Assembly: GCA_964016885.1 (NCBI GenBank)
Contig: OZ024740.1
Location: forward strand, 318,618,001-318,682,000
Direction of reading: 5' to 3'
Length of the DNA: 64,000 bases
Source of the DNA: Eledone cirrhosa
Lineage: Eukaryota
Shown here: positions 1 through 13,100 of the stretch, one piece after another
Layout: every line of letters starts with the position of its first letter
How positions within the stretch are numbered: position 1 is the first letter of the stretch
The notes under the pieces: model-generated
Seen by the model: the letters and a program-made list of their open reading frames with translations, nothing else
Told to the model about the DNA's origin: nothing
Database searches by the model: none
Program-made: the position numbers and the translations under genes

Positions 1-399
1 TTTCTACTACAATACTCACAACAAATAATCCATATTGTCTCGTCTATTTCCACCACTTACATTCTATCTGACATTCAAACGACTCTATCAATTCGAAGTC
101 TTTCTACTACAATACTAACGTCAAATAATCCAGGATTGTCTCGTCTATTTCCACAACTTACGTTCTATCTAACATTGAAACGACTCTACCAGTTCGATGT
201 CTTTGTACTACAATACTCACAAAAAAATAATCCAGGATTGTATCGTCTTTTTCCACAACTTACATTCTATCTGACATTCTAACGACTCTACCAATTCGCT
301 GTATTTCTACTACAATACTAACTTCAATTAGTCCAGGATTGTCTCATCTATTTCCACAACTTACATTCTATCTGACATTCTAACGACTCTACCAATTCG

Positions 400-3300
400 A
401 AGTATTTCTACTACAATACTAACAACAGATAATCTGGGATTGTCTCGTCTATTTCCACAACATACATTCTATCTGACATTCTAACGACTCTACCAATTCG
501 AAGTTTTTCTACTACAATACTCCCAACAAATAATCAAGGATTGTATCGTCTATTTCCACAACTTACATTCTATCTGACATTCTAACGACTCTACCCATTC
601 GCTGTATTTCTACTACAATACTAACTTCAAATAATCCAGGATTGTCTCCTCTATTTCCACAACTTACATTCTATGTCACAATCTAACGAGTCTAGCAATT
701 CGCTGTGTTTCTACTACAATACTCACAACAAATAAACCAGGATTGTCTCGTCTATTTCCACAACTTACATTATATCTGACATACTAACGACTCTACGAAT
801 TCGAAGTCTTTCTACTACAATACTAACTTTAAACTATCCAGGATTGTCTCCTCTATTTCCACAACTTACATTCTATCTGACATTCTAACGACTCTATCAA
901 TTCGAAGTCTTTCTACTACAATACTAACGTCAAATAATCCAGGATTGTCTCGTCTATTTCCACAACTTACGTTCTATCTGACATTCTAACGACTCTACCA
1001 ATTCGAATTCTTTCTATTACAATACTCACAACAAATAATCCAGGATTGTCTCGTCTATTTCCACAACTTACATTCTATCTGACATTCTAACGACTCTACG
1101 AATTCGCTGTCTTTCTACTACAATGCCCACAACAAATAATCCACGACTGTCTCGTCTATTTCCACAACTTACATTCTATCTGACATTCTAACGACTCTAC
1201 CAATTCGAAATCTTTCTACTAAAATACTCAACAACAAACAATCCAGGATTGTCTCGTCTATTTCTACAACTTACATTCTATGTGACATTCAAACGACTCT
1301 ATCAATTCGAAGTCTTTCTACAACCATACTAACGTAAAATAATCCAGGATTGTCTCGTCCATTTCCACAACTTACATTCTATCTGACATTCTACACGACT
1401 CTACCAATTCGAAGTCTTTCTACTACAAAACTAACTTTAAATAATCCAGGATTGTCTCGTCTATCTCCAGACCTTACATTCTATCTGACATTCTAACGAC
1501 TCTACCAGTTCGCTGTATTTCAACTACAATACTAACTTCAAATAATCCAGGATTGTCTCGTCTATTTCCACAACTTACATTCTATCTGATATTCTAACGA
1601 CTCTACCCATTCGCTGTATTTCTACTACAATACTAACTTCAAATAATCCAGGATTGTCTCGTCTACTTCCACAACTTACATTCTATGTGATATTCTAACG
1701 ACTCTACCAATTCGAAATCTTTCTACTACAATACTCACAACAAATAATCCATATTGTCTCGTCTATTTCCACCACTTACATTCTATCTGACATTCAAACG
1801 ACTCTATCAATTCGAAGTCTTTCTACTACAATACTAACGTCAAATAATCCAGGATTGTCTCGTCTACTTCCACAACTTACATTCTATGTGATATTCTAAC
1901 GACTCTACCAATTCGAAATCTTTCTACTACAATACTCACAACAAATAATCCATATTGTCTCGTCTATTTCCACAACTTACGTTCTATCTGACATTGAAAC
2001 GACTCTACCAATTCGATGTCTTTGTACTACAATACTCACAAAAAAATAATCCAGGATTGTATCGTCTTTTTCCACAACTTACATTCTATCTGACATTCTA
2101 ACGACTCTACCAATTCGCTGTATTTCTACTACAATACTAACTTCAATTAGTCCAGGATTGTCTCATCTATTTCCACAACTTACATTCTATCTGATATTCG
2201 AACGACTCTACCAATTCGAAGTCTTTCTACTACAATACTCACAACAAACAATCCAGGATTGTCTCGTCTATTTCTACAACTTACATTCTATGTGACATTA
2301 AAACGACTCTATCAATTCGAAGTCTTTCTACTACAATACTAACGTCAAATAATCCAGGATTGTCTCGTCTATTTCCACAACTTACGTTCTATCTGACATT
2401 CTAACGACTCTACCAATTCGAATTCTTTATATTACAATACTCACAACAAATAATCCACGACTGCCTCGTCTATTTCCACAACTTACATTCTATCTGACAT
2501 TCTAACGACTCTACCAATTCGATGTGTTTCTACTACAATACTCAAGACAAAAAATCCAGGATTGTCTCGTCTATTTTCACAACTTACATTCTATCTGACA
2601 TTCTAACGACTCTACGAATTCGCTGTCTTTCTACTACAATGCTCACAAAAAATAATCCACGACTGTCTCGTCTATTTCCACAACTTACATTCTATCTGAC
2701 ATTCTAACGACTCTACCAATTCGAAATGTTTCTACTACAATACTCACAACAAACAATCCAGGATTGTCTCGTCTATTTCTACAACTTACATTCTATGTGA
2801 CATTCAAACGACTCTATCAATTCGAAGTCTTTCTACTACAATACTAACGTCAAATAATCCAGGATTGTCTCGTCTATTTCCACAACTTACGTCCTATCTG
2901 ACATTCTAACGACTCTACCAATTCGAATTCTATCTATTACAATACTCACAACAAATAATCCAGGATTGTCTCGTCTATTTCCACAACTTACCTTCTATCT
3001 GACATTCTAACGACTCTACGAATTCGCTGTCTTTCTACTACAATGCTCACAACAAATAATCCACGACTGTCTCGTCTATTTCCACAACTTACATTCTATC
3101 TGACATTCTAACGACTCTACCAATTCGAAATCGTTCTACTACAATACTCACAACAAACAATCCAGGATTGTCTCGTCTATTTCTACAATTTACATTCTAT
3201 GTGACATTCAAACGACTCTATCAATTCGAAGTCTTTCTACAACAATACTAACGTAAAATAATCCAGGATTGTCTCGTCCATTTCCACAACTTACATTCTA

Positions 3301-5010
3301 TCTGACATTCTAACGACTCTACCAATTCGAAGTCTTTCTACTACGATACTAACTTTAAATAATCCAGGATTGTCTCGTCCATTTCCACAACTTACATTCT
3401 ATCTGACATTCTAACGACTCTACCAATTCGAAGTCTTTCTACTACAATACTAACTTCAAATAATCCAGGATTGTCTCGTCTACTTCCACAACTTACATTC
3501 TATGTGATATTCTAACGACTCTACCAATTCGAAGTCTTTCTACTACAATACTAACAACAAATAATCTGGGATTGTCTCGTCTATTTCCACAACATACATT
3601 CTATCTGACATTCTAACGACTCTACCAATTCGAAGTTTTTCTACTACAATACTCCCAACAAATAATCAAGGATTGTATCGTCTATTTCCACAACTTACAT
3701 TCTATCTGACATTCTAACGACTCTACCCATTCGCTGTATTTCTACTACAATACTAACTTCAAATAATCCAGGATTGTCTCCTCTATTTCCACAACTTACA
3801 TTCTATGTCACAATCTAACGAGTCTAGCAATTCGCTGTGTTTCTACTACAATACTCACAACAAATAAACCAGGATTGTCTCGTCTATTTCCACAACTTAC
3901 ATTATATCTGACATTCTAACGACTCTACGAATTCGAAGTCTTTCAACTACAATACTAACTTTAAACTATCCAGGATTGTCTCCTCTATTTCCACAACTTA
4001 CATTCTATCTGACATTCTAACGACTCTATCAATTCAAAGTCTTTCTACTACAATACTAACGTCAAATAATCCAGGATTGTCTCGTCTATTTCCACAACTT
4101 ACGTTCTATCTGACATTCTAACGACTCTACCAATTCGAATTCTTTCTATTACAATACTCACAACAAATAATCCAGGATTGTCTCGTCTATTTCCACAACT
4201 TACATTCTATCTGACATTCTAACGACTCTACGAATTCGCTGTTTTTCTACTACAATGCTCACAATAAATAATCCACGACTGTCTCGTCTATTTCCACAAC
4301 TTACATTCTATCTGACATTCTAACGACTCTACCAATTCGAAATCTTTCTACTACAATACTCACAACAAACATTCCAGGATTGTCTCGTCTATTTCTACAA
4401 CTTACATTCTATGTGACATTCAAACGACTCTATCAATTCGAAGTCTTTCTACAACAATACTAACGTAAAATAATCCAGGATTGTCTCGTCCATTTCCACA
4501 ACTTACATTCTATCTGACATTCTAACGACTCTACCAATTCGAAGTCTTTCTACTACAATACTAACTTTAAATAATCCAGGATTGTCTCGTCTATCTCCAG
4601 ACCTTACATTCTATCTGACATTCTAACGACTCTACCAGTTCGCTGTATTTCAACTACAATACTAACTTCAAATAATCCAGGATTGTCTCGTCTATTTCCA
4701 CAACTTACATTCTATCTGATATTCTAACGACTCTACCCATTCGCTGTATTTCTACTACAATACTAACTTCAAATAATCCAGGATTGTCTCGTCTACTTCC
4801 ACAACTTACATTCTATGTGATATTCTAACGACTCTACCAATTCGAAATCTTTCTACTACAATACTAACAACAAATAATCCATATTGTCTCGTCTATTTCC
4901 ACAACTTACATTCTATCTGACATTCAAACGACTCTATCAATTCGAAGTCTTTCTACTACAATACTAACGTCAAATAATCCAGGATTGTCTCGTCTATTTC
5001 CACAACTTAC
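400..5010. repeat. Higher-order duplication, offset about 3132 bp (31 monomers): ~400-1880 repeated at ~3530-5010
   Basis: Private marker CAATCTAACGAGTCTAGC occurs at 679 and 3811, with the same order of flanking monomer types. Confidence 0.8.
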
Positions 5011-6370
5011 GTTCTATCTGACATTCTAACGACTCTACCAATTCGAATTCTTTATATTACAATACTCACAACAAATAATCCACGACTGTCTCGTCTATTT
5101 CCTCAACTTACATTCTATCTGACATTCTAACGACTCTACCAATTCGATGTGTTTCTACTACAATACTCACGACAAACAATCCAGGATTGTCTCGTCTATT
5201 TCCACAACTTACATTCTATCTGACATTGAAACGACTCTACCAATTCGATGTCTTTGTACTACAATACTCACAAAAAAATAATCCAGGATTGTATCGTCTT
5301 TTTCCACAACTTACATTCTATCTGACATTCTAACGACTCTACCAATTCGCTGTATTTCTACTACAATACTAACTTCAATTAGTCTAGGATTGTCTCATCT
5401 ATTTCCACAACTTACATTCTATCTGATATTCGAACGACTCTACCAATTCGAAGTCTTTCTACTACAATACTCACAACAAACAATCCAGGATTGTTTCGTC
5501 TATTTCTACAACTTACATTCTATGTGACATTAAAACGACTCTATCAATTCGAAGTCTTTCTACTACAATACTAACGTCAAATAATCCAGGATTGTCTCGT
5601 CTATTTCCACAACTTACGTTCTATCTGACATTCTAACGACTCTACCAATTCGAATTCTTTATATTACAATACTCACAACAAATAATCCACGACTGCCTCG
5701 TCTATTTCCACAACTTACATTCTATCTGACATTCTAACGACTCTACCAATTCGATGTGTTTCTACTACAATACTCAAGACAAATAATCCAGGATTGTCTC
5801 GTCTATTTTCACAACTTACATTCTATCTGACATTCTAACGACTCTACGAATTCGCTGTCTTTCTACTACAATGCTCACAAAAAATAATCCACGACTGTCT
5901 CGTCTAATTCCACAACTTACATTCTATCTGACATTCTAACGACTCTACCAATTCGAAATCTTTCTACTACAATACTCACAACAAACAATCCAGGATTGTC
6001 TCGTCTATTTCTACAACTTACATTCTATGTGACATTCAAACGACTCTATCAATTCGAAGTCTTTCTACTACAATACTAACGTCAAATAATCCAGGATTGT
6101 CTCGTCTATTTCCACAACTTACGTACTATCTGACATTCTAACGACTCTACCAATTCGAATTCTTTCTATTACAATACTCACAACAAATAATCCAGGATTG
6201 TCTCGTCTATTTCCACAACTTACATTCTATCTGACATTCTAACGACTCTACGAATTCGCTGTCTTTCTACTACAATGCTCACAACAAATAATCCACGACT
6301 GTCTCGTCTATTTCCACAACTTACATTCAATCTGACATTCTAACGACTCTACCAATTCGAAATCTTTCTA
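1980..6370. repeat. Higher-order duplication, offset 3232 bp (32 monomers): ~1980-3130 repeated at ~5215-6370
   Basis: Private markers GACTGCCTCG at 2459/5691 and CTCAAGAC at 2541/5773 share an offset of exactly 32x101. Confidence 0.85.
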
Positions 6371-9300
6371 CTACAATACTAACTTCAAATAATCCAGGAT
6401 TGTCTCGTCTACTTCCACAACTTACATTCTATGTGATATTCTAACGACTCTACCAATTCGAAGTCTTTCTACTACAATACTCACAACAAATAATCCATAT
6501 TGTCTCGTCTATTTCCACAACTTACATTCTATCTGACATTCAAACGACTCTATCAATTCGAAGTCTTTCTACTACAATACTCACAACAAATAATCCATAT
6601 TGTCTCGTCTATTTCCACAACTTACGTTCTATCTGACATTCTAACGACTCTACCAATTCGAATTCTTTATATTACAATACTCACAACAAATAATCCACGA
6701 CTGTCTCGTCTATTTCCACAACTTACATTCTATCTGACATTCTAACGACTCTACCAATTCGATGTGTTTCTACTACAATACTCACGACAAACAATCCAGG
6801 ATTGTCTCGTCTATTTCCACAACTTACATTCTATCTGACATTGAAACGACTCTACCAATTCGATGTATTTGTACTACAATACTCACAAAAAAATAATCCA
6901 GGATTGTATCGTCTTTTTCCACAACTTACATTCTATCTGACATTCTAACGACTCTACCAATTTGCTGTATTTCTACTACAATACTAACTTCAATTAGTCC
7001 AGGATTGTCTCATCTATTTCCACAACTTACATTCTATCTGATATTCGAACGACTCTACCAATTCGAAGTCTTTCTACTACAATACTCACAACAAACAATC
7101 CAGGATTGTTTCGTCTATTTCTACAACTTACATTCTATGTGACATTAAAACGACTCTACCAATTCGAAGTTTTTCTACTACAATACTTCCAACAAATAAT
7201 CAAGGATTGTATCGTCTATTTCCACAACTTACATTCTATCTGACATTCTAACGACTCTACCAATTCGAATTCTTTATATTACAATACTCACAACAAATAA
7301 TCCACGACTGTCTCGTCTATTTCCACAACTTACATTCTATCTGACATTCTAACGACTCTACCAATTCGATGTGTTTCTACTACAATACTCACGACAAATA
7401 ATCCAGGATTGTCTCGTCTATTTCCACAACTTACATTCTATCTGACATTCTAACGACTCCACCAATTCGAAATCTTTCTACTACAATACTCACAACAAAC
7501 AATCCAGGATTGTCTCGTCTATCTATTTCTACAACTTACATTCTATGTGACATTCAAACGACTCTATCAATTTGAAGTCTTTCTACAACAATACTAACGT
7601 AAAATAATCCAGGATCGTCTCGTCTATTTCCACAACTTACAACCTATCTGACATTCTAACGACTCTACCAATTCGAAGTCTTTCTACTACAATACTAACA
7701 ACAAATAATCTGGGATTGTCTCGTCTATTTCCACAACATACATTCTATCTGACATTCTAACGACTCTACCAATTCGAAGTTTTTCTACTACAATACTTCC
7801 AACAAATAATCAAGGATTGTATCGTCTATTTCCACAACTTACATTCTATCTGACATTCTAACGACTCTACCCATCCGCTGTATTTCTACTACAATACTAA
7901 CTTCAAATAATCCAGGATTGTCTCCTCTATTTCCACAACTTACATTCTATGTCACAATCTAACGAGTCTACCAATTCGCTGTGTTTCTACTACAATACTC
8001 ACAACAAATAAACCAGGATTGTCTCGTCTATTTCCACAACTTACATTATATCTGACATACTAACGACTCTACGAATTCGAAGTCTTTCTACTACAATACT
8101 AACTTTAAACTATCCAGGATTGTCTCCTCTATTTCCACAACTTACATTCTATCTGACATTCAAACGACTCTACCAATTCGCTGTATTTCTACTACAATAC
8201 TAACTTCAAATAATCCAGGATTGTATCGGCTATTTCCACAACTTACATTCTATCTGACATTCTAACGACTCTACCAATTCGCTGTCTTTCTACTACAATA
8301 GTAACAACATATAATCTAGGATTGTCTCGTCTATTTCCATAACTTACAATCTATCTGATATTCGAACGACTCTACCAATTCGAAGTCTTTCTGCTACAAT
8401 ACTAACAACAAATAATCTAGGATTGTCTCGTCTATTTCCACAACTTACATTCTATCTGACATTCTAACGACTCTAACAATTCGAAGTCTTTCTACTACAA
8501 TACTAACAACAAATAATCCAGGATCGTGTCATCTATTTCCACAACTTACATTCTATCTAACATTCTAACGACTATACCAATTCGATGTGTTTCTACTACA
8601 ATACTCACGTCAAATAATCCAGGATTGTCTCGTCTATCTCCAGACCTTACATTCTATCTGACATTCTAACGTGTCTACCAATTCGAAGTCTTTCTACTAC
8701 AATACTAACTTTAAACAATCCAGGATTGTCTCCTCTATTTCCACAACTTACATTCTATCTGACATTGAAACGACTCTACCAATTCGATGTCTTTGTACTA
8801 CAATACTCACAACAAACAATCCAGGATTGTCTCGTCTATTTCTACAACTTACATTCTATGTGACATTCAAACGACTCTATCAATTCGAAGTCTTTCTACA
8901 ACAATACTAACGTAAAATAATCCAGGATTGTCTCGTCCATTTCCACAACTTACATTCTATCTGACATTCAAACGACTCTACCAATTCGAAGTCTTTCAAC
9001 TACAATACTACCTTCAAATAATCCAGGATTGTCTCGTCTATTTCCACAACTTACATTCTATCTGATATTCTAACGACTCTACCCATTCGCTGTATTTCTA
9101 CTACAATACTAACTTCAAATAATCCAGGATTGCCTCGTCTACTTCCACAAATCACATTCTATGTGATATTCTAACGACTCTACCAATTAGAAGTCTTTCT
9201 ACTACAATACTCACAACAAATAATCCATATTGTCTCGTCTATTTCCACAACTCACATTCTATCTGACATTCTAACGACTCTATCAATTCGAAGTCTTTCT

Positions 9301-10139
9301 ACTACAATACTAACGTGAAATAATCCAGGATCGTCTCGTCTATTTCCACAACTTACATTCTATCTGACATTCTAACGACTCTACCAATTCGAAGTTTTTC
9401 TACTACAATACTCCCAACAAATAATCAAGGATTGTATCGTCGATTTCCACAACTTACATTCTATCTGACATTGTAACGACTCTACCCATTCGCTGTATTT
9501 CTACTACAATACTAACTTCAAATAATCCAGGATTGTCTCCTCTATTTCCACAACTTACATTCTATGTCACATTCTAACGAGTCTACCAATTCGCTGTGTT
9601 TCTACTACAATACTCACAACAAATAAACCAGGATTGTCTCGTCTATTTCCACAACTTACATTATATCTGACATACTAACGACTCTACGAATTCGAAGTCT
9701 TTCTACTACAATACTAACTTTAAACTATCCAGGATTGTATCGGCTATTTCCACAACTTACATTCTATCTGACATTCTAACGACTCTACCAATTCGCTGTA
9801 TTTCTACTACAATACTAACTTCAAATAATCCAGGATTGTATCGGCTATTTCCACAACTTACATTCTATCTGACATTCTAACGACTCTACCAATTCGCTGT
9901 CTTTCTACTACAATACTAACAACATATAATCTAGGATTGTCTCGTCTATTTCCACAACTTACAATCTATCTGATATTCGAACGACTCTACCAATTCGAAG
10001 TCTTTCTGCTACAATACTAACAACAAATAATCTAGGATTGTCTCGTCTATTTCCACAACTTACATTCTATCTGACATTCTAACAACTCTAACAATTCGAT
10101 GTGTTTCTACTACAATACTCACGTCAAATAATCCAGGAT

Positions 10140-13100
10140 TGTCTCGTCTATCTCCAGACCTTACATTCTATCTGACATTCTAACGACTCTACCAGTTCGC
10201 TGTATTTCTACTACAATACTCACAACAAATAATCCAGGATTGTCTCGTCTATTTCCACAACTTACATTCTATCTCACATTCTAACGTGTCTACCAATTCG
10301 AAGTCTTTCTACTACAATACTAACTTTAAACAATCCAGGATTGTCTCCTCTATTTCCACAACTTACATTCTATCTGACATTGAAACGACTCTACCAATTC
10401 GATGTCTTTGTACTACAATACTCACAAAAAAATAATCCAGGATTGTATCGTCTTTTTCCACAACTTACATTCTATCTGACATTCTAACGACTCTACCAAT
10501 TCGCTGTATTTCTACTACAATACTAACTTCAATTAGTCCAGGATTGTCTCATCTATTTCCACATCTTACATTCTATCTGATATTCGAACGACTCTACCAA
10601 TTCGAAGTCTTTCTACTACAATACTCACAACAAACAATCCAGGATTGTCTCGTCTATTTCTACAACTTACATTCTATGTGACATTAAAACGACTCTATCA
10701 ATTCGAAGTCTTTCTACTACATACTAACGTCAAATAATCCAGGATTGTCTCGTCTATTTCCACAACTTACGTTCTATCTGACATTCTAACGACTCTACCA
10801 ATTCGAATTCTTTATATTACAATACTCACAACAAATAATCCAGGATTGTCTCGTCTATTTCCACAACTTACATTCTATCTGACATTCTAACGACTCTACG
10901 AATTCGCTGTCTTTCTACTACAATGCTCACAACAAATAATCCACGACTGTCTCGTCTATTTCCACAACTTACATTCTATCTGACATTCTAACGACTCTAC
11001 CAATTCGAAATCTTTCTACTACAATACTCACAACAAACAATCCAGGATTGTCTCGTCTATTTCTACAACTTACATTCTATGTGACATTCAAACGACTCTA
11101 TCAATTCGAAGTCTTTCTACAACAATACTAACGTCAAATAATCCAGGATTATCTCGTCCATTTCCACAACTTACATTCTATCTGACATTCTAACGACTCT
11201 ACCAATTCGAAGTCTTTCTACTACAATACTAACTTTAAATAATCCAGGATTGTCTCGTCTATCTCCAGACCTTATATTCTATCTGACATTCTAACGACTC
11301 TACCAGTTCGCTGTATTTCAACTACAATACTAACTTCAAATAATCCAGGATTGTCTCGTCTATTTCCACAACTTACATTCTATATGATATTCTAACGACT
11401 CTACCCATTCGCTGTATTTCTACTACAATACTAACTTCAAATAATCCAGGATTGTCTCGTCTACTTCCACAACTTACATTCTATGTGATATTCTAACGTC
11501 TCTACCATTCGAAGTCTTTCTACTACAATACTCACAACAAATAATCCATATTGTCTCGTCTATTTCCACAACTTACATTCTATCTGACATTCTAACGACT
11601 CTACCAATTCGCTGTATTTCTACTACAATACTAACTTCAATTAGTCCAGGATTGTCCCATCTATTTCCACATCTTACATTCTATCTGATATTCGAACGAC
11701 TCTACCAATTCGAAGTCTTTCTACTACAATACTCACAACAAACAATCCAGGATTGTCTCGTCTATTTCTACAACTTACATTCTATGTGACATTAAAACGA
11801 CTCTATCAATTCGAAGTCTTTCTACTACAATACTAACGTCAAATAATCCAGGATTGTCTCGTCTATTTCCACAACTTACGTTCTATCTGACATTCTAACG
11901 ACTCTACCAATTCGAATTCTTTCTATTACAATACTCACAACAAATAATCCAGGATTGTCTCGTCTATTTCCACAACTTACATTCTATCTGACATTCTAAC
12001 GACTCTACGAATTCGCTGTCTTTCTACTACAATGCTCACAACAAATAATCCACGACTGTCTCGTCTATTTCCACAACTTACATTCTATCTGACATTCTAA
12101 CGACTCTACCAATTCGAAATCTTTCTACTACAATACTCACAACAAACAATCCAGGATTGTCTCGTCTATTTCTACAACTTACATTCTATGTGACATTTAA
12201 ACGACTCTATCAATTCGAAGTCTTTCTACAACAATACTAACGTCAAATAATCCAGGATTATCTCGTCCATTTCCACAACTTACATTCTATCTGACATTCT
12301 AACGACTCTACCAATTCGAAGTCTTTCTACTACAATACTAACTTTAAATAATCCAGGATCGTCTCGTCTATTTCCACAACTTACATTCTATCTGATATTC
12401 TAACGACTCTACCCATTCGCTGTATTTCTACTACAATACTAACTTCAAATAATCCAGGATTGTCTCGTCTACTTCCACAACTTACATTCTATGTGATATT
12501 CTAACGACTCTACCAATTCGAAGTCTTTCTACTACAATACTCACAACAAATAATCCATATTGTCTCGTCTATTTCCACAACTTACATTCTATCTGACGTT
12601 CTAACGACTCTACCAATTCGCTGTCTTTCTACTACAATGCTCACAAAAAATAATCCACGACTGTCTCGTCTATTTCCACAACTTACATTCTATCTGACAT
12701 TCTAACGACTCTACGAATTCGCTGTCTTTCTACTACAATGCTCACAAAAAATAATCCACGACTGTCTCGTCTATTTCCACAACTTACATTCTATCTGACA
12801 TTCTAACGACTCTACCAATTCGAAATCTTTCTACTACAATACTCACAACAAACAATCCAGGATTGTCTCGTCTATTTCTACAACTTACATTCTATGTGAC
12901 ATTCAAACGACTCTATCAATTCGAAGTCTTTCTACTACAATACTAACGTCAAATAATCCAGGATTGTCTCGTCTATTTCCACAACTTACGTTCTATCTGA
13001 CATTCTAACGACTCTACCAATTCGAATTCTTTCTATTACAATACTCACAACAAATAATCCAGGATTGTCTCGTCTATTTCCACAACTTACATTCTATCTG

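Noticed and set aside
130-134. CCAGG (Dcm/EcoRII-type site) and TTCGAA/GAATTC restriction sites in most monomers
   Set aside because: These are simple consequences of the monomer's palindromes. Nothing indicates a restriction-modification context.
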